NCBI GenBank assembly: GCA_902780585.1
Contig: CACZGA010000001.1
Location: 10,819-74,818 of the forward strand
Direction of reading: 5' to 3'
DNA from: an uncultured Erysipelotrichaceae bacterium
GTDB taxonomy: Bacteria > Bacillota_I > Bacilli_A > RF39 > UBA660
Length of the DNA stretch: 64,000 nucleotides
In this document: positions 54,089 to 64,000 of the stretch, piece after piece
Position numbering within the stretch: the first letter of the stretch is position 1
How the letters are laid out: each line of letters opens with the position of its first letter
Program-made: the position numbers and the translations under genes
Notes under the pieces: generated by a model
What the model saw: the letters and a program-made list of their open reading frames with translations, nothing else
Databases searched by the model: none
What the model was told of the DNA's origin: nothing

Positions 54089-57000
54089 AATACTAATTCA
54101 TTCTTTTTATAAGTAGATATTTTCTACTTATCATATCCTTTTTGTTTCAATTCTAAATCTGTAGCATCAGTCATTGAAATTTTCTATCCGCTACTAATAG
54201 CTCCTGCTACTAAACTATTTTTTATTGGAACAAATACTGTTCCTTGATATAACTCTTCTTTACCTCCAAATATGGGTAATCCACTATCTAATGAATATTT
54301 CTTATCATTAAATTTATTTTGAATTATATTTTCATAAAATTCTCTAGTTTGTTCATCAGCAGGTTCTAATATATCTAAAATTACTTTTTTATCATTAAGT
54401 GCTTTTTCTGTAGTAGTTACCTAAAATGCTGCAAATCTATTCCACGACTACTTATTTAGATTCCCTTGATTATCATATTTAGGAGGTAACTATAATTTAG
54501 AACAAATTTCATTTACTTTCTACCAATTCTATGAAGAATCTTCTATTCCTTCTATTAATAATCGATCATCTAACTATTCTAATTTTTTTAACATTTCAAA
54601 ATCAGGAGTATTTTTATCTCCTATTTTAGTTGGTAAATCTACTCCTACTACTTCTCCATTGTTTAATATTATATAATTATAAGCAGTTGGATTTAATGTA
54701 GATCCTCCAAGTGTAGCTTTATTCCAATCTAAAACTCCTTTTAATGTAGAAGTTGATGCTTCCTACATAGTAATTCCTGCTCCCATATTTTCTCCACTAT
54801 GTTTCTAAAATTCAGAATATCTAGCTTTTACGTTTATTGCATAGTTACTTCCAGTATTTAATTCTATATTTGTATTATATCCTTTTCCTGTAATTAATGC
54901 AGATGCTGCATCTAATTTTAATCCTTCTGAATTTTCTTTTGAATTTCCATTAGTATCTTTAGCAGCTTTTCCAGTTAAAGGAGAGAAACTAACAGTCTAA
55001 GAATCATCTATTTGAGAAGATAAGAATGTAGGAATAAGATTTTTTGCTCCGCCATGTATATCTAACACTGCTTTATAATTTTCTGGCAACATTTGCGTAA
55101 TATAATTTATAGCTGCCTACTTCTAAGCTAATTGATTTTTAGTTTCAGTAGTTGTTTTATAATACCCATCTGGAGCTCCTTGTAACAATTTTATTCCTTG
55201 TTTAATCTAATTAGATTCCACTTCAGACATTCCATCAAGTTTAAGTTCACTACTACCTAATTTTCCAGCCATTGATTTAACCTGTTCAGCAATTTTCAAA
55301 AGTCCTACACCATTAGCAACAACATTTTGCATAATATAATCACCTTTATCAAATGCTAAATCAGGTCTATATTCTCTAAGTGTTAATAGTTGAGAATTAG
55401 TTAAAGGAATATGTTTAGAAGTATCAATTTTACTAACAGTTTCAATTTTTCCTGTTTCTTTATTCTATACAGCATAATTTCCAACAGAATCAACTGCTAT
55501 TTCATTTAATGCTCCATTAGCAGCAGCTACTTTATAAGCTTCATCATAAATTTCTTTACTTCTACTAACATTATTTAATTGCTACATAGCTCTCAAATAC
55601 ATACTAGCAATCTACTAAGAATTTAATTCTTTTCCAAATATTTCAGCTTCTTGTAAAACACCGCTTAATGTAGAGTAAATACTACTTACATCAACTTTAA
55701 CTCCTTTAAGATCTTTAAACATCTTAATTAAATCAAGTACATCTTTTGATGAAGTATCTTTACTAGATGATGTAGCTTTTGAGGATGTTCCTATAGAATC
55801 TTGACTAACTGTTCTAGCAGTTTCACTTACTCCAACAGCAGGAGTATATATAGTAAACGGAGCTAAGAACTGTCCTCCAACTTGATATTTTCTTCTTCTA
55901 GTCCCATCTGGATGTGGAGCTAATGGCTATATTTTTCTTTCTTTTTCAGGATAACGTCTACACATCTTTCTAAAGTGGTCTACAACATCTTTAGTAGATT
56001 TATATAGAAGTTTATCGTCCTTTTTATATGTTATTTTAGAACCAGATTTTACAAATAATAATGGAAATGAACTAGAATATTTTCTATTAATATCTCTGTA
56101 ATTTCTTAAATTTTCTAACTATATTCTTGTTTGTACTTTTTTAAGTTTTTCTTTAGCTTCTTTAACTCTTGGGTCACTTTCATTCCACAATCCATTTTCT
56201 CCACGAAGAGCATATAATTCATCAGTTGCTTTTTTTAATTCTGGATCATTTTCTAACTAAGTTTGATAAGTAAGTAAATCAATCTATTTATTATAAGCAT
56301 TATCTTCTTCCATCTACTATCTCTTACGAGTTTCGATTTCCTTAAGATAATTATCAATAGATGACCACTATGCGGAATGTTTCTAAGCCAATAAAGTATG
56401 TTTTTTTTCATTAGCATCATTTAATGAAGCTAAATTAGTATTGGCTACTTCTGTTGCTCTTTGGGTATTAGCCCATTGATGTTGATTAGATTCATCAGAA
56501 GTTCTACGAATTTCTTGATTATCAGCTAAGTCACCTTGTGCTCTGAGTTCATCTCCAACTCTTCTGGCTTCTTGCATATAAGCCATCTATCTATCAGCAT
56601 CAGAAGTAAATGGTTGAGCAGCTTTTGTCTATCCAGCAGCTGCTCTTCTGTAATATGCTTGTTTAGTAGCCTCATCACCAACAACTTGTCTATGTGTATA
56701 ATAAGGCTAAATTAAAGTAGGTCTAATTCCCTTTAAAGCTTCATCATATACTCTAGCATTATTAATAAGATTTCCAGCAAGTCTTCCTGTAGATAATAAT
56801 CCAGGAATCATTCCTCTTAGTCTTCCTAATAAATCATTTCCTTGTGGAGTTTCTTTTTTATCTCCTGTTGGACCACTTCCTATTTCTGTACTTCCTCCAG
56901 TTTGTTGAGGCTAAGGATTTAGTTTTTGTAGAGTTTCTGAAGGAGGATTATTAGGAGATTCCTATAACGGAAGTCTTTTTAATTTATAATATCCATCTGA

Positions 57001-57555
57001 ATCATCTAAATATGTATCCCATCCTCTTTTATTGAGTTCTTGTTTCCAATTTCTAAATTCTTGTGAATTTTCATCCCAATCCCCTTTTCTACCAAGAAGT
57101 CTTCTCCAATCAGTTACACTACTATATAATCCATCTGCAACATATTTCTAACTTGGATTATCTCCAGATAATCTTTTTCCTGGAGCAGTAAAGACATTAT
57201 TATTATAGGCATTAGCAATACCTAGATTATTATAATTAAAATAATCCTCTTCGTTTATCTAAGTACCCTAATTATTGGAATTTCCTAAATAATCATTTTG
57301 GTACTTTTTAACACTTTCATTAGAATAGGCTTTTTTCTTCCAAGCCTCATTTGCTCCTCCAGCTGCATTATAAATTTGTGAATGAGAATGTTGCATATCA
57401 TTCAACCAATATCCATAATCATTTTTTTCACCATATTTAGATAACATATCTAATATATGTTGTGACTATTTACTATGAACATATTTATACCAATCTGAAG
57501 TTGTACGACCTATTCCAGTATTTCCCCCATATTGAAATCTAGGAATAATTTTCAT
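54085..57555 (-). CDS. late large protein B (1156 aa), function unknown
   Basis: Every row from 57555 to 54085 was translated: 35 in-frame TAGs and no TAA or TGA. ATGA overlaps at both ends. Includes track fragment 56383-56586. Confidence 0.85.
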
Positions 57556-60332
57556 TTCTTTATAAATTCTTTATATTGTTGTATTCTTTGTTTATCTAAT
57601 CTTCCACCTTGTTTAAGCCAACCTTTTCGTTTAAAATCTTGAAGAATTTTTCCCAATTCAGTATTTCCTATTTTTACAGGAGAATTAGGTTTAATATTTC
57701 TTCTATTATTATTTATTATATCCCTTATTTTAGTCTATAATTCTTTCTATTGAGATTTTAAATAATTTCCTTCAATATTTCCCTTATAAATTAGATTAAA
57801 AGTTCCATCAGACTATTCAACAATTTGTAACTAGTGTCCATCAATGTTAGCACTTCCACTCTTTAATTTATTTTTAGAAAATTCTCCTCTAGATAATTTT
57901 TCTTCTCTATTTTTTACATATTCGTTATATTTTTGAATTCTTTCTTTAGACTACTTACTTATTTCTGAATTTTTTTCATTATTTCCAGAAGTTTCATTAG
58001 CTTTAGGAGTTTCAGACTATTGTTCTGTTGTTGGTTTTACTGAATTATTTCCTAAATATTTATCATATCTTCTAATATCACGATTACTTCCATTGAAGAA
58101 TTTTTTTAACCATGTATTATTATGTTCTGACAAATATTGCTCAAATTCTTCATCTGACTTTAATGCTGAAGAATTTCTTGTAGTAGTTGTTGGAGTTCCA
58201 AATATTTCAGAATTTCCTTTTCCTCTGTATCTATTTAAATTTTCTCTACTCCAAGTTTTAGTACTAGTAGATTTAGACTATATTTTATATCCTTCAGGAA
58301 TTTCTATTTCTAAATCTTTAGCTTTAGCTTCTAAATCCTCTGCTTTAGTTTTACTTAAAATTTTCTATTTTTCTTTATCTATAGGAATTTCTATAGTTTC
58401 TACTTTGCCATCTTCTCCAGTTTTCTACACTTTTAAAGTAGGAGCTGTTTCTGTAGAAGAAGTTGTTTTTGCTTTAGTTCTAGTAATTCCTGATTTATTT
58501 AATAAAGAATTAGAAGTTTCGATTCCTCTAGCTTTCATAGCAGATCTTTCAACTCTATTTCCTCTATTCAATTGATGATGTCCTAATCCTCCAATAAAGA
58601 AATATGCTAAATCCTAATAATCCTTAAGAGATAAATCTTCTCCTTTTTTAATTTTTTCTACAGTATCAAGAGCTCCTGGAGCATTAGCTGCCATAGCATA
58701 AGTAGATCCAGCTCTTCCAGCAAGTCTTATATATTTTTCTATTTTTGGAAGATATCCAGCTAGCTTAGAAGCAGCCCAACCTCCTTTTATCCATCCACCT
58801 GCTATTGGAATAGTACTCAATAATCCTAGACCGTGATCTAAGGCAGCCCAACCGGTATCTCCCCAAGTCCATCCTTCAGGATCAGATGCCCTATTATAAT
58901 CACGAATTCCAGCAGCTATTTGAGATAGTCCAGCAGAGCTAAATCCTTCTGGATCAACAGCTGCTCCTAAATCAAATAATAATGCAGCTACTTCTCTCTA
59001 TTCAGCAGGAGTAAATCCTCCTTCTGTAGAGTTTAAATAATTTTGTTGCTATTTATTTTTTAAAACATCAGGATTATTCTAATCTAAAATATCCTAAAAA
59101 TTTACTCCATTATTCTATTGTCCTTTAGCATAAGGTTTAACAATTTGATTTGTTAAAGAATCCCAATAAATTCCATTTAATTCTCTGATTTTCTTAAATC
59201 TATTAGGATTACTTCCAAATCTAGGACCGAATGTAGCTAGTTCTTCTTTAGAAAGATTTTCTAAAGCATTATTTCTTTGTGCAAGTTTAAATGTTCCTAC
59301 TAATTGTGATAATTCATCGCCATTCCATGAATCTTTAGCAGCTAACTAATTTAAATAATCTAAATTACTATTTTCAGGAGAAAGTGGACTTCCAGTTAAT
59401 CCTTTACCATACCATTTTAATCCTCCAATAAGATTAGCATTATATGCTTTTCTTGCTGCTTCTGCTTTAGCATTAGCAGCCTATATTTTAGCATCTTTCT
59501 AAGCTTGTAATCCTCTATAGTAATTACCATAAGTTATTGGATTTCCTTGTTCATCAGTAGTATAAACTTCACCAGTTCTATTGTTAAACCAATCCTTATA
59601 GTTTATTCCAAGTTTATTTAAGGCAGGTGTATCATCATCAAGTTCTGGACTTCTCAATGCTCTTACAGCTTCTCCTAATCTAGATTTAAAGTCATCAGCA
59701 TCCTTAAAAGGACTATCTTTCCAATTATATTCTTCTGCATTAAAATCTCTGTCTATACCTTCTAAATACTTAGCAAGAGCCTCTTTTCTTTTATCTGTTC
59801 CAACAGCTCCCGTTTTTTCATTACGAACATCATCTAATGTATTCCAACGATTCATATCAAAGGTTTTTCCATCAAATGCTTGTCCGCCAAATTCTTTATC
59901 TGATATATTTTTATAAAGAGTGCTTAAAAATGAATTGCTATCGAACGTAGGTAATTTAGCAATTCTTTCTTCTTCCTCCTTCTTTTTCTTCTCTTCAATA
60001 GATTTTTTAGTTGGTAATGACTCAGCTAATCTTCCAATAAAACTAGCTGCATCTTGCCAACCTCTTCTTGTATTTTTATCATATGTATTAATATCAAATG
60101 GATCTCCACCAAATGTAGTATAATACATAGATTCTCCAGTATCTGGATTTGTATATTTTCTAGTCCCTAAAATTCCTCTATTTAGAGCTAATTCTATAAC
60201 TGCATCAAAAGCACCTCTACGAGCAGCTGACCAGGGTTGGGTACTAGAATAAGCTTTATAATCTCCTATAGCTTTTAACAAATCCTATTTACTAACCTAT
60301 TCATCACCAAAATTAATGTATTCTTCTTCCAT
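57552..60332 (-). CDS. late large protein A (926 aa) with a Gly-rich hydrophobic segment (GLGLLSTIPIAGGWIKGGWAASKLAG); possible ejection or membrane-active protein
   Basis: ATG 60332 to TGA 57552-57554. Joins track fragments 59499-60281 and 58614-58820. Fully translated by hand with 20 in-frame TAGs. Confidence 0.85.
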
Positions 60333-60338
60333 ACGCTT

Positions 60339-60379
60339 AAAATATAAAAGGGTAACACGACTTGCGTGTCGTATTACCC
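60339..60379 (-). terminator. rho-independent terminator (or attenuator) between the Ala/Pro/Gln-rich mini-gene and gene A
   Basis: The minus-strand RNA GGGUAAUACGAC-ACGCAA-GUCGUGUUACCC forms a 12-bp stem (one G-U pair) and is followed by UUUUAUAUUUU. It ends only 7 nt before the ATG of gene A. Confidence 0.7.
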
Positions 60380-60386
60380 TTGTAAA

Positions 60387-60692
60387 TTACTTGTTTTCCC
60401 AACGAACTAATCTTCCACCCTTACGATAAACAGGTGCTTGACCTTCGGGTGCTGCAGGAGCAGGTTCACCACCTCCTTGAGCAAGCTCAACAAGTGCTTG
60501 ACATACTTGTAAAGCTAATTGAGCATCTTGTGTTTGAACTGCCTGAGCAGCAGCCATTACAATCTATTCTAAAGGATCTCCACCTTGTTCAGGTGCTTGT
60601 TCAGGAGCTGGAGCAGCTTCAGGAGCAGGTGCTCCAGCTGGAATTTCTCCACCTTCTTGTAATTTTAAAAATTTTCTGTCAGTAATTTTCAT
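60387..60692 (-). CDS. 101-aa Ala/Pro/Gln/Glu-rich low-complexity protein, locally GC-rich
   Basis: MKITDRKFLKLQEGGEIPAGAPAPEAAPAPEQAPEQGGDPLE[TAG]IVMAAAQAVQTQDAQLALQVCQALVELAQGGGEPAPAAPEGQAPVYRKGGRLVRWENK. Frame checked. Has its own upstream spacer and downstream terminator. Confidence 0.7.
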
Positions 60693-60726
60693 AATTTTAT
60701 CGATAAATTTTAATTTGTTAAAAATA

Positions 60727-60738
60727 ACCAATATTGGT
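60727..60738. promoter_or_regulatory. perfect 12-bp palindrome ACCAATATTGGT in the only sizeable intergenic spacer of the late block
   Basis: Seen directly. Lies 35 nt upstream of the mini-gene ATG. Its function is untested. Confidence 0.25.
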
Positions 60739-60789
60739 CGTATCTTTCTAACTAATTTATATGTTTCATTTAAAAAGTCAAAATCTTAA

Positions 60790-61062
60790 TTATTCTTCCT
60801 TATTAATAGTCTTAGACCATAGTCCAGAAGGAATTACATCTACTCCATATAATCCAAGACATCCAATAAATACTACATTAGCAAATTCTGGAATATCTTT
60901 TTCTTGAATGTATGCAGCAATTAATATTCCAAAACAAACAAATGCTCCTAATAAAGCAATTATTCTTTTAGAACTAATTCCACCACTATTTCTTAAAAAT
61001 ATAGTACGCCAATCAAATTTTTGTAACTACTTTAATTCTGAATTACGATATCTTTTATCCAT
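60790..61062 (-). CDS. 90-aa two-TM membrane protein; holin-like candidate
   Basis: TM segments IIALLGAFVCFGILIAAYI and FANVVFIGCLGLYGV. One TAG at codon 12. Its start overlaps the transglycosylase stop by 8 nt. Confidence 0.6.
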
Positions 61063-61789
61063 AATCTTTTAATGCTCTTTCTATACTATATCCACCAAGA
61101 GAAAAATTCTTTTTTCCATCGAGAACCATTCTCATAGATTTTGGATACCACCAACCTAATGCAGCTATTTGTGCTTTATTATATCCATTTTGAAATAATT
61201 TTTCTGCTTCAGTAGTACTAAGAATATGTCTTAAATATTTTGTAGCAGCTCTTACTTGTTCTTTCGGATCATTTAAAAATGATTCTTTATCATAATTACT
61301 ATAAAGTTTTCTTGTACTGTCTATAAACTAGAAATATCCAGATGCAGTAGAAGAACTACTCTTAGCTTTTTGTTTAAAATTAGATTCTCTTTTTGCTTGT
61401 AATAGTATAAGACTTTTCATTTCTGGATCTTTTAAATCTTCAAATCCTTTTTCATTAGATACTTCATCTAGTAATTTATTAAAATTTTCTGGACCCTATA
61501 TTGTAGTAAAATTATTAGATTTAACTTCTTTATTAATTTCTCCGTTGTCCTCCTTAGGAGCTTTTGTCATTTCCATATTCTGTTGTTCTTTAGGTTTTTC
61601 TATTTGAGAATTAAGTACTAAATCTTGAGGCCATAAAAGTCCATTTCCGTTCTAATCCTATATAAATTTAAATCCATCTGGAACTTTAGTTCTACCAAAT
61701 ACAGGATCTTCCATATAATCAAGTTCTTTCTAAGTATAGGAAGGTTTATAGATAGTATTTTCAAATAATTTACTATAATCAACTGCCAT
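61055..61789 (-). CDS. lytic transglycosylase (SLT domain) protein, 244 aa
   Basis: Complete hand translation with 5 in-frame TAGs. Contains LQAKRESNF (catalytic E-S), TASGYF[TAG]FIDST (GLMQ-type motif) and NGYNKAQIAALGWWYP. Confidence 0.8.
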
Positions 61790-61791
61790 AA

Positions 61792-62409
61792 TTAATCCTC
61801 CTTTTTCTTACTTTCTGGACCATCTACATATTCAGCAGGACGTTCATCCTATCCTTTAAGCACTTTAAACATATATTTTCCAAGTGCTTTATAATCTTTA
61901 TCTTCTTTAGAAGCATTAGCTTTAAGTGCTTTCTTTATTAATATAAGAGTTTCACGCCTTGAAACAATACGTTCTCCACCCTCCAAATGCATTTGTGTAC
62001 TTCCATCAGGAGATAATACTTTCATTACATAATCGTGAGATTCATCATCATCTAAATCAGCTTTATCTCCAGGTTTTATTCCAGAATCTGCATTAACTTC
62101 TAATACATATGAAGCAATTCCTTCTATTTTATCATCTTCTGGATTTCCTCTTTTAACATCAAGAACTTTAAATTCATCGTCCATAAATACCATATCAAGA
62201 GGAAATGGAACATTGTGCATATGAAAGAAAGTTTCAACAGGATTAGATTCATTAATTACAAACAACATTCCTTCGTCTTTTGGAAGAGATTTAAAATTCT
62301 AAAGACCTTGCTTTTTCTATTCTTCGGATTTAGCAATAAATATATCATATTCCTATCCACCAAGAGTTATAACTCCTATATTTTTAGATTTTCTACCTTC
62401 TATTTCCAT
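61792..62409 (-). CDS. DUF192-domain protein, 205 aa
   Basis: AKSEE[TAG]KKQGL[TAG]NFKSLPKDEGMLFVINESNPVETFFHMHNVPFPLDMVFMDDEFKVLDV...ASYVLEVNADSGIKPGD fits the DUF192 pattern (GLM..L....GMLF ... M.N...PLD..F.D ... YVLE...G). Extends track ORF 61849-62268 in both directions through TAG. Confidence 0.7.
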
Positions 62410-62410
62410 A

Positions 62411-63703
62411 TTACATTTTCTCCTATACTTCTTCTATAAGTCCTGTTCTATCATCTGTATTAGTTAATAATTCTTTTACAAGACGTTTTCCTACTTTAAT
62501 AGCAATTTCATCTTTTTCAGAATTACTTGTTTCTTCGGAATTAAACTTTTTAAGATTATTTTCTATAAAGTCAGTTAAATCTTTAGTGAAGATTACTTCA
62601 TTCTTTTCTATTTCAGCTTGTTGTTCTCCATTATTATCAACTACAGGAATACCTTTAGCAGTAAAATCTTCTCCTGCACCTTCCATATTATTTTTACGAG
62701 CATGAAGAGCACCTTCTGGGATGACATTCATTTGTCCTCCTTGCTTAAAAGCTTGTGGAATTTTATCAAATCCTTTATAATAATTTTTATAATTTTTAGT
62801 AAACCAATCAGCTGCATCATTTGATGGAAAATAAATATAATCTTTATGTTTTATTGCTGATTTCCAGGCTTTTTCTGGATTTCCAGATAAATCAACAAGT
62901 TGTCCATCAATTTCCTATATTTCTGGATATACTATTGTTCCGGTTTCATCTTCAGACCAAGCTAATTTAAAATTGTCCCAAGAACCGTCTGGATAAGTTA
63001 TATATTTTCTATTTGGATCTTGTAATCGTTTAGCCCAATTAGTATTGGAATTTTTAACTAAATCAAAGAGATTATCTTTTCCAATATTTTCTTTTGTTAA
63101 TGGACCAATTGTTCCATCACCTTTTTTATACAAAGGAGTTCCATCATTTAAATATCCTATAGGCTCTTCTCCACTCTCTTTAGAATCTAGTTTTGGTTTT
63201 CCACCTTTCTAAAAACTGTCAATTAACTCTCCACCCTATTCCTTCTAAATGTTGAACCATTTCTAGTCCAAGGTATTTTTATTTTGTAAATTTTTAGTAT
63301 ATGTCCAGCAATCTTTTTCTTTATTGAATGTACGCACATAACCACCAAGTTTAAGTTCTTGTACGAGAGGAATTACATCATTATCCCATACTCTAATATC
63401 TTTAGCTACAGTTTCATTATCTTCACCTTTATTAAGATATTCATATTCATCTGTCTCTTCATTATAACCAATAGAAGGTAATTTAAATTCTGCTTCATTT
63501 ATAGGTTGAATTAATCCTTCCCATAAAGCATGTTCATAATCCTTAGGTTGTCCATATAATTTCCAAGCAACCTCTAGTCTATAATTATCTCCAATCTGCA
63601 TTTCTTTAGGAAGAGACTTTTTAAATTGTTCAAAAGCTGAACCAACAGGTTTATTAATTTCTTTTGATTTATTAATTATATTTTTTAATCGTGAGCGTTG
63701 CAT
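62411..63703 (-). CDS. late protein G (430 aa), function unknown
   Basis: Track fragments 63263-63703, 62915-63133 and 62423-62731 share one frame and are joined by TAG. Gaps checked. Stop is TAA 62411-62413. Confidence 0.8.
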
Positions 63704-64000
63704 AATATCATTTGTTTATTATCAATTAATGCAGCAGCCGATAATAATCTCATTCCCATATTATGGTTGGTTGCATTATTAAATATCTTCATTCCTTGTT
63801 TACCTCTATATAAAGGCTTCCATCCTCCCATTATTTGTTGAGCATATCTCTAATTATTTATAGAAGACATATACTAACTTCTAATTTTCTATAATTCATT
63901 TTGGTCAGCCATACTTAATATCTTATTCCAAGCTTGATTTGCAAAATCTATATTATCCTAAGCATCCCCGTATGCTCCTCTTGAAAATAAACCATAAGTT
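63685..64000 (-). CDS. 3' end of an upstream late gene (5' end outside the window)
   Basis: Open frame with 4 in-frame TAGs that ends at TAA 63685-63687 and overlaps the start of gene G by 19 nt. Confidence 0.6.

Noticed and set aside
28044-60332. TGA-to-Trp recoding (table 4) as the alternative code
   Set aside because: TGA never occurs in-frame inside the long ORFs. It terminates genes A, B, D and E exactly at ATGA overlaps with the next start.
61797-61803. AAGGAGG eight nt upstream of the transglycosylase ATG as evidence for Shine-Dalgarno-led translation
   Set aside because: It is coding sequence of the upstream gene (KKKED). Essentially no other gene start in the window has an SD-like sequence, so it is probably coincidental.
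28324-62824. Plus-strand ORFs in the track that lie opposite the late block (28324-28542, 30001-30327, 30814-31164, 42383-42580, 43946-44158, 45755-45946, 47994-48446, 49962-50216, 58093-58575, 59920-60123, 60434-60685, 62215-62439, 62618-62824)
   Set aside because: They are antisense shadows of the long minus-strand frames, with low-complexity Ser/Leu/Phe-rich translations. 60434-60685 simply mirrors the GC-rich mini-gene. No starts or coupling support them.
28044-64000. Reading the fragmented minus-strand region as a decaying or pseudogenised block, or as sequencing error
   Set aside because: Decay would scatter TAA, TGA and frameshifts. Here only TAG interrupts, frames hold for up to 10.8 kb, conserved motifs are intact and gene junctions use precise ATGA overlaps.
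1-64000. CRISPR arrays, long tandem or terminal repeats, integrase or transposase genes
   Set aside because: None is visible. I saw only short hairpins and one 12-bp palindrome.

Overview
AT-rich (about 70% A+T by eye) dsDNA phage segment made of two convergent modules that meet at paired terminators near 27.8-28.0 kb. Plus strand, 1-27.8 kb: about 65 tightly packed genes readable with the standard code. They cover replication and nucleotide metabolism (Toprim primase, family B DNA polymerase, ATP-dependent ligase, NrdD/NrdG, dUTPase, ThyX-like, HAD nucleotidase, two metallophosphoesterases, a RecB-family nuclease). This block also holds a sigma-70 family factor, a YqeY/GatB-domain protein, a nicotinamidase-like protein and a PI-PLC-like protein. 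Minus strand, 28.0-64.0 kb: this looks like ORF rubble under the standard code, but it resolves into 12 ORFs if TAG is a sense codon. Every interruption I checked is TAG, and TAG falls on invariant Gln positions of three unrelated domain families, so translation table 15 fits best. This late block holds six translationally coupled genes of 926, 1156, 3037, 3614, 354 and 1675 codons. They carry an embedded SF1 helicase core, a DYDID (DxDxD) motif that may mark a virion RNA polymerase, an HExxH motif and a RecB-type nuclease domain. Upstream of them lie a lytic transglycosylase, a two-TM protein, a DUF192 protein and a GC-rich Ala/Pro/Gln-rich mini-gene with its own terminator. Gene order, the giant late proteins, the lack of Shine-Dalgarno sites and the compact sigma factor suggest a crAss-like or related Bacteroidota gut phage. 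I cannot confirm that without database searches. I saw no tRNA, CRISPR array or integrase in the window.
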